A program made the position numbers and the translations under genes. Below are positions 29,774-40,595 of a DNA stretch of 64,000 bases, piece after piece; the first letter of the stretch is position 1, and each line of letters begins with the position of its first letter. Source of the DNA: an uncultured Parabacteroides sp. (GTDB lineage: Bacteria; Bacteroidota; Bacteroidia; Bacteroidales; Tannerellaceae); assembly GCF_902493135.1 (NCBI RefSeq), contig NZ_CABUOD010000024.1, positions 5,585 to 69,584 of the forward strand. Reading direction: 5' to 3'. Under the pieces are notes generated by a model. It did not search any database. It had not been told where the DNA came from and saw only the letters and a program-made list of their open reading frames with translations.

Positions 29774-30293
29774 GAAGAACCAGGTTCGCGGATGACGCGG
29801 ATTGGGCGGATTTTAACGGATTACTATTTAATTTGATTCCTTTGTTTATATCTATCGTGCAGATTATTGGCAAAGACTTTCCGCCTAAATTCCGGATGTG
29901 CTCCAAAGTTCAGTAGCAGCCCCACTTCGATGCGGGTAGCCTTCAAATAATTTTGCAACTGCATTTCATGTGCTTCGGTAAGCACACTTGAGGCCTTTAG
30001 TTCCAATATTACTTCATCTTCCACAACCATATCTGCAATGTATTTACCTACAACTTCACCTTTATAATAGACCTCTATAATTTTCAGAGGCTCACACTTC
30101 AGTCCCATCGAACAAAGTTCCTTATAAAGAGCATTCTGATAAACACTTTCCAGAAAACCGAAACCAAGCTCATTATACACGGCATAAAATGCCGATAATA
30201 CCTGATCCGTAATCTCTTTACAAAGCAATTTCATAAACAATAATAATCCGTTAAAATCCGCCCGATCCGCGTCATCCGCGAACCTGGTTCTTC
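29774..30293 (-). mobile_element. Inverted-repeat-bounded cassette carrying a GxxExxY PD-(D/E)XK gene (putative; mobility not shown)
   Basis: The 50-bp arms 29774-29823 and 30244-30293 are reverse complements at 49/50 positions. They abut the ORF on both sides. Each arm contains CGGAT cores spaced 9/9/10 nt. An ATA triplet lies just outside each arm. The cassette interrupts sufC-sufD. Confidence 0.6.
29824..30240 (-). CDS. GxxExxY family protein (PD-(D/E)XK nuclease-like fold)
   Basis: 138 aa with the GxxExxY motif (GFLESVY), a D..E.K pattern (ADMVVEDEVILELKA), and the C-terminus GLLLNFG typical of the family as I recall it. Confidence 0.85.
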   Translation of the reverse strand: MFMKLLCKEITDQVLSAFYAVYNELGFGFLESVYQNALYKELCSMGLKCEPLKIIEVYYKGEVVGKYIADMVVEDEVILELKASSVLTEAHEMQLQNYLKATRIEVGLLLNFGAHPEFRRKVFANNLHDRYKQRNQIK

Positions 30294-30308
30294 ATACAAT
30301 CCAAATTC

Positions 30309-31061
30309 TTAATCTCCCATCTCTTTCTTGATCCAGTCGTAGCCTTTTTCTTCGAGTTCGAGGGCCAGTTCGGGACCGGCGGTCTTGACGATGCGGCCCT
30401 TGTAGAGGACATGGACTACGTCAGGCTTGATATAATCCAGCAGGCGCTGGTAGTGCGTGATGACGATAGCCGCATTCTCAGGCGTACGGAGTTGGTTGAC
30501 ACCGTTCGCCACGATCCGGAGGGCGTCGATATCCAGGCCGCTGTCCGTTTCGTCGAGGATCGCCAGCTTCGGTTCGAGCATGGCCATCTGGAAGATTTCG
30601 TTCCGCTTCTTCTCACCGCCCGAAAAACCTTCGTTCACGCTGCGGCTCGCCAGTTTATTGTCCAGTTCGACAATCGCACGCTTCTCACGCATCAGTTTCA
30701 GGAAGTCGGTAGCCGAAACAGGTTCCAGCCCTTTATATTTACGATGTTCGTTCAAGGCGGCACGCATGAAGTTCACCATGCTGACACCCGGAATCTCCAC
30801 CGGATACTGAAAGCTCAGGAAAATCCCTTCGCGGCTTCGGTCTTCCGGTTCAAGATCCAGCAGGTTCTTGCCGTTGAAGATCACCTCCCCTTCCGTCACC
30901 TCGAATGCCGGATTACCGACCAATACACTGCTCAAGGTACTTTTCCCGGAACCGTTCGGTCCCATGATGGCGTGTACCTCACCCGCCTTGACAGAAAGGT
31001 TGATCCCTTTCAATATCTCTTTGCCATTGACATTGGCATGCAAGTTCTTTATCTCTAACAT
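30309..31061 (-). CDS. sufC: Fe-S cluster assembly ATPase SufC
   Basis: 250 aa with Walker A (GPNGSGKST), ABC signature ([11 protein letters not shown]) and Walker B ([12 protein letters not shown]). Confidence 0.97.
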   Translation of the reverse strand: MLEIKNLHANVNGKEILKGINLSVKAGEVHAIMGPNGSGKSTLSSVLVGNPAFEVTEGEVIFNGKNLLDLEPEDRSREGIFLSFQYPVEIPGVSMVNFMRAALNEHRKYKGLEPVSATDFLKLMREKRAIVELDNKLASRSVNEGFSGGEKKRNEIFQMAMLEPKLAILDETDSGLDIDALRIVANGVNQLRTPENAAIVITHYQRLLDYIKPDVVHVLYKGRIVKTAGPELALELEEKGYDWIKKEMGD

Positions 31062-31116
31062 ATCTATACTGATTACTTGTTAAACGCTTCCTTTCTCTTC
31101 ATGCCCCTTCCGGGCT

Positions 31117-31225
31117 GTATCGAGGATGCCGCATAGCTGTGCGGCATCTTACTGCATAGCTATGCGGCACTTCACCGCATACGTTTGCGGTATCACACCG
31201 CATAGCTTCGCGGCAACCTCGATAC
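31117..31225. repeat. Four tandem 23-bp hairpin units bounded by a 9-bp inverted repeat (sufB-sufC spacer)
   Basis: CCGCATAGC-type units start at 31129, 31152, 31175 and 31198 (exact 23-bp period). Each is a short palindrome (e.g. TGCCGCA TAGCTG TGCGGCA; GCATAGCTATGC). The block is flanked by GTATCGAGG (31117-31125) and CCTCGATAC (31217-31225). Confidence 0.85.
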
Positions 31226-31234
31226 AACGGTGCA

Positions 31235-32680
31235 TCACCCCACGCTCCCCTCCAGGGAGATGGTCAGCAGCTTCTGTGCTTCTACGGCAAACTCCATCGG
31301 GAGCTTGTTCATCACCTCGCGGGCATATCCGTTTACGATCAGGCCGACAGCTTCTTCGACCGAGATACCGCGCTGCCGGCAATAGAACAACTGCTCCTCG
31401 CTGATCTTGCTTGTCGTCGCCTCGTGTTCCACTACCGCCGTTTCGTTCTGGATATCGGCATAGGGGAAGGTATGGGCGCCGCAAGTCGAACTGAGCAGCA
31501 GGCTGTCGCACTGGCTATGGTTGCGGGCGCCTTCGGCACGGGGAGAGACTTTCACCAAGCCGCGATAGCTGTTCTGGCTATGTCCGGCGGAGATGCCTTT
31601 CGAAACGATCGTGCTGCGGGTGTTCCGCCCGAGGTGGATCATCTTCGTGCCGGTATCGGCCTGCTGGTAGTTGTTGGTGACAGCCACCGAGTAGAACTCG
31701 CCTACCGAATTATCGCCGGCCAAGATGCAGCTCGGATATTTCCAAGTGATGGCGGAACCGGTCTCTACCTGTGTCCAGGAAATCTTGCTTCCTTCGCCCT
31801 TGCACAGTCCGCGCTTGGTCACGAAGTTATAGATTCCCCCTTTTCCTTCCTTATCGCCCGGATACCAGTTCTGGACGGTAGAATATTTCACTTCGGCACG
31901 TTCATGCGCCACGATTTCGACAATGGCGGCGTGAAGCTGGTTCTCGTCGCGCATCGGTGCGGTACAACCTTCGAGGTAACTGACGTAGGCTTCATCGTCC
32001 GCCACGATCAGGGTACGTTCGAATTGTCCGGTGTTGGCGGCATTGATACGGAAATAGGTGGATAGCTCCATCGGGCAACGCACGCCTTTCGGGATATAGA
32101 CAAACGAACCGTCCGAGAATACCGCCGAGTTCAAAGCAGCAAAGAAGTTATCACGATAGCTGACCACGCTTCCCAGATATTTCTGGACCAGATCGGGATG
32201 ATGCTGGACGGCTTCGCTGAAAGAGCAGAAGATAATGCCTTTCTCGGCAAGCGTTTCCTTGAATGTCGTCTTTACGGAGACACTGTCCATCACGGCATCG
32301 ACCGCCATCCCGCTGAGCTGAGCACGCTCGTGCAGGGGGATACCCAGTTTGTCGAACGTCTTCATCAGTTCCGGATCGACCTCGTCCAGGCTCTTCGGGC
32401 CTTCCTTCTTCTTCGGGGCAGCATAGTAGATGATATCCTGATAGTCGATCGGCGGGATCATGAGGTGAGGCCAGGTGGGCATCTCCAGTGTCTGCCAGTG
32501 GCGGAAAGCTTTCAAGCGGAACTCAAGCAGCCATTCCGGTTCATTTTTCTTGGCAGAAATAATACGGACGGTCTCTTCATCCAATCCGCGATGAATCACC
32601 TCCGTATCTATATCGGTAACGAATCCGTATTTGTAATCACCGGTCGTTACCTCATTTAGTATGTCGTTCGAATCTTCCAT
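31235..32680 (-). CDS. sufB: Fe-S cluster assembly protein SufB
   Basis: 481 aa with highly conserved SufB blocks ([49 protein letters not shown]). Confidence 0.97.
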   Translation of the reverse strand: MEDSNDILNEVTTGDYKYGFVTDIDTEVIHRGLDEETVRIISAKKNEPEWLLEFRLKAFRHWQTLEMPTWPHLMIPPIDYQDIIYYAAPKKKEGPKSLDEVDPELMKTFDKLGIPLHERAQLSGMAVDAVMDSVSVKTTFKETLAEKGIIFCSFSEAVQHHPDLVQKYLGSVVSYRDNFFAALNSAVFSDGSFVYIPKGVRCPMELSTYFRINAANTGQFERTLIVADDEAYVSYLEGCTAPMRDENQLHAAIVEIVAHERAEVKYSTVQNWYPGDKEGKGGIYNFVTKRGLCKGEGSKISWTQVETGSAITWKYPSCILAGDNSVGEFYSVAVTNNYQQADTGTKMIHLGRNTRSTIVSKGISAGHSQNSYRGLVKVSPRAEGARNHSQCDSLLLSSTCGAHTFPYADIQNETAVVEHEATTSKISEEQLFYCRQRGISVEEAVGLIVNGYAREVMNKLPMEFAVEAQKLLTISLEGSVG

Positions 32681-32715
32681 TATACATTATATATATATTG
32701 TTCAATTTATGAAAC

Positions 32716-33207
32716 CTATTCCTCCTTAAAAAACAAATTACGGAAGTAAATAGTTGGGATTATTTCTTTGACTGGATTGTAAAAACGGGATTCGACCTTT
32801 GCCTCGCGTGGGATCAGGACCGATCCGCGGTCTATCATCTCCATGCCGTTCAGCAGGAGACTGACAAACGCCATCATAAAGCAAAGCCCCAAGACACCGC
32901 CTGCCAGATGGTTCAGGACGCTCAGCGGCGTCGCCCCCACGACACGGGTCAGAATCTCACCCGCCAACAATATGACACCCACGATCAGCAGAAACCCCGC
33001 CACGTAGCTGAGCACCGTCACCCCTTGTTCGGGGAACCAGCCCAATGCCAATATATATCCACGTAGCCAGAGTGCCGCCTTCGTACAAAAAAAGATCCCG
33101 ACCAAAAGGGCTATAAGCGAAACAACCTGTTTGATGACTCCATCAAACAGGCCTTTCACAAATCCTATTCCTGCCAGACATAGCAATGTAATGTCCAACC
33201 AGTTCAT
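32716..33207 (-). CDS. cvpA: CvpA family membrane protein
   Basis: 163 aa, four hydrophobic helices, N-terminus MNWLDITLLCLAGIGFVKGLFDGVIKQV typical of CvpA. Confidence 0.8.
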   Translation of the reverse strand: MNWLDITLLCLAGIGFVKGLFDGVIKQVVSLIALLVGIFFCTKAALWLRGYILALGWFPEQGVTVLSYVAGFLLIVGVILLAGEILTRVVGATPLSVLNHLAGGVLGLCFMMAFVSLLLNGMEMIDRGSVLIPREAKVESRFYNPVKEIIPTIYFRNLFFKEE

Positions 33208-33209
33208 GT

Positions 33210-36200
33210 TTACAATGTCTTCTTGATTTCCGTTTCTTCGTATGCCTCGATGATATCGCCAACCTGGATATCATTGTAGTTCACAATGTTCAAACCACAA
33301 TCCAAACCGGCAACCACTTCCTTCACATCGTCCTTGAAACGTTTCAAAGATTCCAATTCACCGGAGTGAACCACGATGCCGTCACGGATCACGCGCACCT
33401 TGTTCGAACGCTTGATCTTGCCTTCACGTACCATACATCCGGCAATCGTACCCACTTTCGTGATCTTGAATACCTGCTGCACTTCCACGTTGGCCGTGAT
33501 CTCTTCCTTGATTTCCGGCGAAAGCATACCTTCCATTGCGCTCTTCACTTCTTCGATCGCATCGTAGATGATCGAGTACAGACGGATTTCGACTCCTTCT
33601 TTCTCTGCCAGACGACGCGCGGGCAATGCCGGACGCACCTGGAACCCGATGATGATCGCATCGGAAGCGGCAGCCAGTACGACATCCGATTCGGAGATCT
33701 GGCCGACAGCCTTGTGGATCACGTTCACCTGGATTTCCTCTGTAGACAGACGAATCAGGGAGTCTGACAACGCTTCAACGGAACCGTCCACGTCACCCTT
33801 CACGATCACGTTCAGTTCCTGGAAGTTGCCGACTGCGATACGGCGGCCTATATCATCCAGCGTAAGCATCTTCTGCGTACGCAGACCCAACTCACGCTGC
33901 AACTGTTCGCGACGGTTGGCGATTTCGCGGGCTTCCTGGTCTGTTTCCAGTACGTTGAACGTATCGCCGGCTTGCGGAGCCCCGTTCAGACCGAGGATCA
34001 GAGCCGGTTCGGAAGGACCGGCCTGTTCGATACGCTGGTTACGTTCGTTGAACATCGCTTTTACACGACCGAAATGGGTTCCGGCCAGTACGATGTCACC
34101 GACTTTCAGCGTCCCGTTTTCAACCAGCACGGTAGAAACATATCCACGTCCTTTGTCGAGTGAAGACTCGATGATGGAACCAACGGCACGTCTCTTCGGA
34201 TTCGCCTTCAAGTCGAGCAAGTCGGCTTCCAGCAATACTTTTTCCAGCAGGTCTTCTACCCCGATACCCTTCTTGGCTGAAATTTCCTGGCTCTGGTACT
34301 TCCCCCCCCAGTCTTCAACCAGGTAATTCATGTTAGCCAGCTCCTCCTTGATCTTGTCAGGATTGGCATGCGGTTTGTCGATCTTATTGATGGCAAATAC
34401 GATAGGTACGCCGGCAGCCGAAGCATGGTTGATCGCTTCGACGGTCTGCGGCATGACATTATCGTCGGCAGCCACAATGATAATCGCGATATCCGTCACC
34501 TTGGCGCCACGGGCACGCATGGCGGTAAAGGCCTCGTGACCCGGCGTATCCAGGAACGTGATACGGCGTCCGCTCTGCAACTTCACGTTGTAAGCACCGA
34601 TGTGCTGCGTGATACCTCCGGCTTCACCGGCAATTACGTTTGCATTACGGATGTTATCCAGCAAAGAAGTCTTACCGTGGTCAACGTGTCCCATCACCGT
34701 AACGATAGGCGGACGGGCAACCCAATCTTCTTCGTTGTCATTTTCTTCATCGGCCTTGATGGCTTCCACCACTTCGGCACTTACATATTCGGTCTGGAAA
34801 CCGAATTCTTCGGCTACGATATTAATTGTTTCCGCATCCAGGCGCTGGTTGATGGAAACCATGATGCCGATACTCATGCAAGTACCGATAACCTGCGTCA
34901 CAGGAACATCCATCATGTTGGCGAGGTCGTTGGCTGTCACGAATTCCGTCAACTTCAATACCTTGCTTTCCATTTCTTCCTGTTCCATCAGTTCGTGTTC
35001 ACGCTTCTGGAAAGCATCGCGTTTGTCACGACGGTACTTGGCGCCTTTATTATTCTTATTGCCCTTGTTGGTCAGGCGGGCCAGGGTTTCCTTTACCTGC
35101 TTCTGTACATCTTCTTCGCTGATCTCCGCCTTCACCGGCTTGCGCAGGCGCGGCTTACGATCGTCGTTCGGACGTGACGGACGTGCATTGGTTCCCGGCG
35201 TATTATTTACGTCTACGCGATCTTTTTTGATACGATTACGCTTTTTCTTTGCGTCTGCACCGCCTTCTCCCGGTTTGACGGGAGCGCCGGGCCTTGACGT
35301 CGCATCTTTCGGTCCCTTGTTGAAAGGCCCGTTACCCGACTGTTGTCCCGGCTTGTTACCGGCAAACTTCTCACGCTTGTCTTCACGCTCTTTCTTGCGT
35401 TCCTCCTTCGTCTTTTTCTTCGGACGGGTAGACTGATTCAACGCGTTCAGGTCAATCTTCCCGGTCACCTTGATTTTCGACTCGAACTTCGGAGTATTCA
35501 ACCGGAATAATTCCTCTTCAGAACCGTTGCCGGCAGATGCCGCCGGTTCCTCGGATTTCGCGGTCGTTGACTCTACATTTGCAGCTTCCGGCTCCTGTAC
35601 AGGCTCCGGTTTGATCACTTCTGCTGGTTCCTTTTCCACAACTATAACTTTTTCTTCTTTTATCTCCTCAGGCTGCTGTTTCACTTCCGGGATTTTCACC
35701 TCAGGCATTTTCGCCTCTGGTGCCTCTACTTCGGGAGCTTTTACTTCAGGGGCTTTCACCTCCTGAACCGGAGCTTCAGCAGTTTTTGCAGCAGAGGTCG
35801 CCTCCACAGGCTTCTCCGCTTTCTTTTCCACAGGAGCGGAAACAGGCTGTTGCTGTGCCTCCTGCGCTTTTTTATGCGGTCTGTCCAGATCGATCCGGCC
35901 CTTCGTCACGATTTTAGGCTTGAATTCTTCCGGTATTACAGTCTTTATTTCCGAACCCTTTTCTTCTTTCACAGAAGAAGCCTCCCTGTGAGGACGTTCG
36001 GGCACAACCCGCTCACGCTCACGTCCGCCGTTCGGTAAATCTTTTCCAAACTCTTTTACGAGCAAAGCATACTGTTCATCACCGATTCGCGTGTTGGGAT
36101 TGTTGTCCTCAACCTCGAACCCTTTCTTGCGTAGAAACTCAACCACCGTGTTGATTCCTACATTTAATTTCCTTTGTACTTGTATTAATTTTATGGGCAT
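33210..36200 (-). CDS. infB: Translation initiation factor IF-2
   Basis: 996 aa with a low-complexity K/E/P-rich N-terminus and a GTPase domain ([28 protein letters not shown]). Confidence 0.98.
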   Translation of the reverse strand: MPIKLIQVQRKLNVGINTVVEFLRKKGFEVEDNNPNTRIGDEQYALLVKEFGKDLPNGGRERERVVPERPHREASSVKEEKGSEIKTVIPEEFKPKIVTKGRIDLDRPHKKAQEAQQQPVSAPVEKKAEKPVEATSAAKTAEAPVQEVKAPEVKAPEVEAPEAKMPEVKIPEVKQQPEEIKEEKVIVVEKEPAEVIKPEPVQEPEAANVESTTAKSEEPAASAGNGSEEELFRLNTPKFESKIKVTGKIDLNALNQSTRPKKKTKEERKKEREDKREKFAGNKPGQQSGNGPFNKGPKDATSRPGAPVKPGEGGADAKKKRNRIKKDRVDVNNTPGTNARPSRPNDDRKPRLRKPVKAEISEEDVQKQVKETLARLTNKGNKNNKGAKYRRDKRDAFQKREHELMEQEEMESKVLKLTEFVTANDLANMMDVPVTQVIGTCMSIGIMVSINQRLDAETINIVAEEFGFQTEYVSAEVVEAIKADEENDNEEDWVARPPIVTVMGHVDHGKTSLLDNIRNANVIAGEAGGITQHIGAYNVKLQSGRRITFLDTPGHEAFTAMRARGAKVTDIAIIIVAADDNVMPQTVEAINHASAAGVPIVFAINKIDKPHANPDKIKEELANMNYLVEDWGGKYQSQEISAKKGIGVEDLLEKVLLEADLLDLKANPKRRAVGSIIESSLDKGRGYVSTVLVENGTLKVGDIVLAGTHFGRVKAMFNERNQRIEQAGPSEPALILGLNGAPQAGDTFNVLETDQEAREIANRREQLQRELGLRTQKMLTLDDIGRRIAVGNFQELNVIVKGDVDGSVEALSDSLIRLSTEEIQVNVIHKAVGQISESDVVLAAASDAIIIGFQVRPALPARRLAEKEGVEIRLYSIIYDAIEEVKSAMEGMLSPEIKEEITANVEVQQVFKITKVGTIAGCMVREGKIKRSNKVRVIRDGIVVHSGELESLKRFKDDVKEVVAGLDCGLNIVNYNDIQVGDIIEAYEETEIKKTL

Positions 36201-36220
36201 ATCAAACTTTGTCGTAATAC

Positions 36221-37519
36221 TTATTCCTGTTCCTGGGTTTCATCCTGTTCTTGGATTTCCTCCTGTTCCTCTTCAAATTCGGCAGATAAGATAGCAAGTA
36301 CCTCGTCAACAGTCTGTTCTTCGAGGTCGGCACGTTCTATTATCTCTTCGCGGCTCATAGCCAATACGCTCTTCGCCGTGTAGCACCCGATATTCTTCAG
36401 TGCTTCGATTACCCAGCTGTCAATTTCATCCGAGAATTCATCCAAATAGATGTCCTCTTCATCTGCACCTTCCACATCACGGAAGACATCGATGGCATAT
36501 TCGGTCAGCATACAGGCAAGTTTGATGTTCAGACCGCCTTTACCGATAGCCAATGAAACTTCTTCAGGACGAAGATAAACCTCTGCCTTACGTTCTTCTT
36601 CGTTCACTCGTATAGAGGAAATTTTTGCCGGGCTTAATGCACGCTGGATAAACAGCGATACATTGGATGTATAATTAATAACATCGATATTCTCATTTCT
36701 CAGCTCGCGAACGATACCGTGAATACGGGAACCTTTCATTCCGACGCAGGCGCCGACCGGATCGATACGGTCATCGTACGACTCTACGGCCACTTTTGCC
36801 CTCTCTCCCGGAATACGTGCAATCGCCTTGATGGTAATCAGGCCATCGTTGATTTCCGGTACTTCAAGTTCGAACAAACGCTGCAGGAATAATTTGTCTA
36901 TACGGGAAAGAATGATCTTCGGATTGTTGTTGTAGTTATCCACCCGCTGTACGATAGCACGTACGGTTTCACCTTTGCGGTAAAAATCTGTCGGGATCTG
37001 TTCTGTTTTCGGGAGCAGCAACTCATTACCCTCGTCGTCCAACAACAAGATCTCTTTCTTCCATACCTGGTAAACATCGGCTGCGATGATGTTGCCGATT
37101 TTATCCTTATATTTAGCAAACAAGCTGTCTTTTTGCAATTCAAGTATCTTTGAAGCCAGCGTCTGGCGCAGGTTCAGGATGGCGCGACGTCCGAAATCGG
37201 CAAAATGCACTTCGTCGGTCACCTCTTCGCCTACTTCACAGTCGGCATCGATCTTACGGGCCTCGGTCAATGTCAGCTGAAGATTCTCGTCTTCCAGTTC
37301 GTCATCGGCGACAACCGTACGGTTTCTCCAGATTTCGAAGTCCCCTTTTTCCGGGTTGATAATTACGTCGTAATTTTCATCCGTACCGAACATTTTAGCG
37401 ATCACGTTGCGGAATGAGTCTTCCAACACGCTGATCATCGTATCTTTATCTATATTTTTCAACTCCTTGAACTCAGCAAGTGTGTCAATCATACTGATTG
37501 TTTCCTCTTTCTTGGCCAT
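36221..37519 (-). CDS. nusA: Transcription termination/antitermination factor NusA
   Basis: 432 aa with S1 and KH domains ([29 protein letters not shown]) and an acidic tail. It sits between rimP and infB. Confidence 0.97.
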   Translation of the reverse strand: MAKKEETISMIDTLAEFKELKNIDKDTMISVLEDSFRNVIAKMFGTDENYDVIINPEKGDFEIWRNRTVVADDELEDENLQLTLTEARKIDADCEVGEEVTDEVHFADFGRRAILNLRQTLASKILELQKDSLFAKYKDKIGNIIAADVYQVWKKEILLLDDEGNELLLPKTEQIPTDFYRKGETVRAIVQRVDNYNNNPKIILSRIDKLFLQRLFELEVPEINDGLITIKAIARIPGERAKVAVESYDDRIDPVGACVGMKGSRIHGIVRELRNENIDVINYTSNVSLFIQRALSPAKISSIRVNEEERKAEVYLRPEEVSLAIGKGGLNIKLACMLTEYAIDVFRDVEGADEEDIYLDEFSDEIDSWVIEALKNIGCYTAKSVLAMSREEIIERADLEEQTVDEVLAILSAEFEEEQEEIQEQDETQEQE

Positions 37520-37526
37520 AATCTTT

Positions 37527-38000
37527 TTACTTGAATCTTATTAGGTATTTTGTATATTTTATTTCATCGAATGTATATGACTGGTCTTCCTGGACAGTCA
37601 CTTTACGCTTGGCTCCTTCGGGCTTCACTTGTTTTTCAACAGTGACTACCACCCCGTTTTCGTCGGCCGACTTCAATACGCCGGTCAGCTTCGTGCCGTT
37701 TTTAAGCAGCATTTCCACTTCATTGCCTATATTTTTCACATACTGGCGAAGCACTTTAAACGGAGATGTTATCCCTGCGGAACCGACTTCCAGCTCGAAG
37801 TCTTCCACATCCCGGTCCAGGTGACCTTCCACATAGCGGCTCAACTCCGCGCAGTCGTCGATACAAACACCCTCATCATTATCTATTTCTATGATAATCA
37901 GGTTACCTGGTTTAATTACTACATCTACTAAATAATTGCCGGAAGAAGCTAATTTCTCTTCTACCAACTGACTTATCACGTCCTTTTCAATCATATACAT
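37527..38000 (-). CDS. rimP: Ribosome maturation factor RimP
   Basis: 157 aa with the RimP pattern (IIEIDNDEGVCIDDCAELSRYVE, LEVGSAGITSPF), immediately upstream of nusA. Confidence 0.9.
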   Translation of the reverse strand: MYMIEKDVISQLVEEKLASSGNYLVDVVIKPGNLIIIEIDNDEGVCIDDCAELSRYVEGHLDRDVEDFELEVGSAGITSPFKVLRQYVKNIGNEVEMLLKNGTKLTGVLKSADENGVVVTVEKQVKPEGAKRKVTVQEDQSYTFDEIKYTKYLIRFK

Positions 38001-38060
38001 ACAGTTAAGAACAAAAGAAGGGGACTGCCCGCCCCCTCCTCATCTTCGCTTAATCGCCTG

Positions 38061-38068
38061 CAAATATA
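38061..38068 (-). promoter_or_regulatory. Candidate -7 promoter box (TATATTTG on the minus strand) for rimP-nusA-infB
   Basis: The reverse complement of CAAATATA at 38061-38068 matches TAnnTTTG, ~60 nt upstream of the rimP start. TTTG motifs lie further upstream. Confidence 0.4.
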
Positions 38069-38209
38069 CAAATAATCAGTGAGTTTTCAAATAAATATAT
38101 ATTTTTTCTGCATGTTATGGGATTTATCGCGTACATATTGCACATATGTCTCAAAAGCAAGCGTATGTCAGAACATTTGGTCATTACCCGTTTTTTTCGT
38201 TCCTTTGCC

Positions 38210-38315
38210 CCCGAATATAAGGGGTGCTTGCCGAAATGACGCCCGGAAACAGGAAGGCAGGCTGAGATTATACCCATTGAACCTGCACGGGTAATGCCGA
38301 CGAAGGGAGAAAAGT
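38210..38315 (+). promoter_or_regulatory. TPP (thiamine pyrophosphate) riboswitch
   Basis: All conserved THI-box blocks are present in order: GGGGTGC (38221) ... GGCTGAGA ... TACCC ATTGAACCTG CACGGGTAATGCCGA CGAAGGGA (to ~38308). It lies upstream of a thiamine uptake/salvage operon. Confidence 0.92.
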
Positions 38316-38384
38316 GTATCTTCAGTAAAAACAGCCCACCTCTGCTATTCCTTTTAAAATTCAGGTTATCAAAAAGAAAAAAGG

Positions 38385-40592
38385 ATGAAAAATGTTCTTA
38401 TTATCGCCTCATCATTAGTGGCATTGTCGGCACAAGGCAAAACGATCGGGCCTGCCGACTCGCTGAAAATCTCAAAAGACATCTCGCTGGACGAAGTGGT
38501 CGTGACCGCAACCAAAGTAGCCAAAGATACGCCTGTCGCCTACAGTGAATTGACAAAGGACGAGCTGAACCGCCGGAACGACGGGCAGGGAATCCCTTTC
38601 CTGATCCTCCAATCGCCATCCGTGATCATGACATCGGATGCCGGAACAGGTATAGGGTATTCCGGATTCCGGATCCGCGGGACGGATGCCAACCGTATCA
38701 ACATCACTGTCAACGGCGTACCGGTAAACGACTCCGAGTCTCACACGGTCTTCTGGGTAAACATGCCGGACTTCGCCTCCTCGGTCGATAACATCCAGAT
38801 ACAGCGTGGAGCCGGGACCTCGACCAACGGAGCAGCCGCCTTCGGGGCCACCGTCGCCATGCAGACACAGAAATCGGAGTTGAAACCTTATGCCGAATAT
38901 TCAGTCTCGGCCGGTTCGTTCGGAACAGTCAAAAACATGGTCAAGCTCGGAACCGGACTTCTACAGGACCATTTCGTTTTCGATGCCCGTTATTCCAATA
39001 TCCAAAGCGACGGGTACATCGACCGGGCCGATGCCAACATGCACTCCTACTTTGCCTCAGCGGCTTATTACGGAGATAATACCCTGATCCGCCTCCAGAC
39101 CTTCGGCAGCATCGAGAAGACCTACCAGGCGTGGACCGGTGTCCCCTCCTATCTGCTGAATGCAGACCGCACCTACAACCCTTGCGGGGAATATGAGGAA
39201 AACGGCGTCACCAAATATTACAAAAACCAGACGGACAACTACCGACAGCAGAACTACCATCTGACCGCCAGCCAACGCCTGAGCGACTTCTGGAACATGA
39301 ACCTGACACTCCATTACACGCATGGAACCGGTTACTACGAAGATTACAAAAGCGGAGCCAAATTCAAAAGCTACAAACTGCCTCCTTATATAAACAGCGA
39401 GGGAGACACCCTCGCCAAGACAGACCTTGTCCGCCGCAAATGGCTGGAAAACGACTTTTACGGAGCCATCTACAGCGCCAACTACCGGGGAGAGCGCTTG
39501 CAATTCTCCGCCGGAGCCGCCATCAACCGCTACGACGGCGACCACTTCGGACGTGTCATATGGGCGAAGCAATCAAACAGCCTTCCCGAACCGGACTACG
39601 AATATTACCGGAACACGGGCGACAAACTGGACTATAATATGTACGCCAAAGCCAATTACCAGTTCCATCCCAACCTGAACGGATATCTGGACATGCAATA
39701 CCGGGGCATCCACTACACCATCAAAGGCAGCGACGACAAAGCCGGCGACCACGTGGATGTCGACAAACGCTGGAACTTCTTCAACCCCAAGGCAGGCATT
39801 AACTTCCAGAAGGGAGGCCACAACGCATTCGTATCTTTCTCGGTAGCCAACCGCGAACCGAACCGCGACAATTTCACCGAAGCCGGCCCGGACGAACGTC
39901 CGCAACATGAGACACTCTACGATTACGAAGCCGGCTACGGTTTCGGCAATTCCCGCTTCCACATCGGAGCCAACCTCTACTTCATGGACTACAGCAACCA
40001 GCTGGTCCTGACCGGCAAGATCAGCGAAATCGGCGAAGCGCTCACCTCCAATATCAAAGACAGTTACCGGATGGGAATCGAATTGACCGGAGGCGTAGAA
40101 ATAGCCCGCTGGCTGGACTGGAACGGGAACCTGACTTTAAGCCGGAACAAGATCAAGAACTTCACCGAAAGCATCGAGGTCTACGACGCCGACTGGAACT
40201 ACCTGCGTGAGGACCGCAACAACTTAGGGACGACCACTATCGCCTTTTCGCCGGACATCATCGCCAACAGCATGTTCAATTTCAGTTGGAAACAATTCAG
40301 TGCAAGTTTCAACTCCCAGTTTGTCGGCCGCCAGTATATCGACAACACCTCTTGCAAAGACCGCTCCATCGATCCTTATTTCGTAAGCAACCTGCGTGTC
40401 GGATATGTTTTCAAACCGAAGTTCATGAAGGAGATCGCACTCGATGTCACGGTTAACAACCTGTTCAACGAGCAATATGAGACCAACGCCTGGGTCTACT
40501 CGGCAATGGTCGACGGCGAACGCTATAAAGAGGACGGTTATTTCACCCAGGCGGGAACTAACGCAATGGCACGGGTAACATTCAGGTTTTAA
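38385..40592 (+). CDS. TonB-dependent outer-membrane receptor (thiamine-regulated; likely thiamine/vitamin B1 uptake)
   Basis: 735 aa with a signal peptide, a plug (DEVVVTATK ... TonB-box region), and a barrel ending in RVTFRF. It is preceded by a TPP riboswitch and followed by PnuC-family and TPK genes. Confidence 0.85.
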   Translation: MKNVLIIASSLVALSAQGKTIGPADSLKISKDISLDEVVVTATKVAKDTPVAYSELTKDELNRRNDGQGIPFLILQSPSVIMTSDAGTGIGYSGFRIRGTDANRINITVNGVPVNDSESHTVFWVNMPDFASSVDNIQIQRGAGTSTNGAAAFGATVAMQTQKSELKPYAEYSVSAGSFGTVKNMVKLGTGLLQDHFVFDARYSNIQSDGYIDRADANMHSYFASAAYYGDNTLIRLQTFGSIEKTYQAWTGVPSYLLNADRTYNPCGEYEENGVTKYYKNQTDNYRQQNYHLTASQRLSDFWNMNLTLHYTHGTGYYEDYKSGAKFKSYKLPPYINSEGDTLAKTDLVRRKWLENDFYGAIYSANYRGERLQFSAGAAINRYDGDHFGRVIWAKQSNSLPEPDYEYYRNTGDKLDYNMYAKANYQFHPNLNGYLDMQYRGIHYTIKGSDDKAGDHVDVDKRWNFFNPKAGINFQKGGHNAFVSFSVANREPNRDNFTEAGPDERPQHETLYDYEAGYGFGNSRFHIGANLYFMDYSNQLVLTGKISEIGEALTSNIKDSYRMGIELTGGVEIARWLDWNGNLTLSRNKIKNFTESIEVYDADWNYLREDRNNLGTTTIAFSPDIIANSMFNFSWKQFSASFNSQFVGRQYIDNTSCKDRSIDPYFVSNLRVGYVFKPKFMKEIALDVTVNNLFNEQYETNAWVYSAMVDGERYKEDGYFTQAGTNAMARVTFRF

Positions 40593-40595
40593 ACA

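Noticed and set aside
35560-35830. Repetitive DNA encoding [25 protein letters not shown] in infB.
   Set aside because: This is the normal low-complexity, variable N-terminal region of IF-2. It lies in frame within an intact gene and is not an independent repeat element.
38050-38548. Small ORFs 38050-38277 (-), 38079-38294 (+) and 38294-38548 (+) around the thiamine operon leader.
   Set aside because: They overlap the rimP promoter region, the TPP riboswitch and the 5' end of the TonB-dependent receptor gene. The riboswitch explains the conservation-like structure. None has a protein motif.
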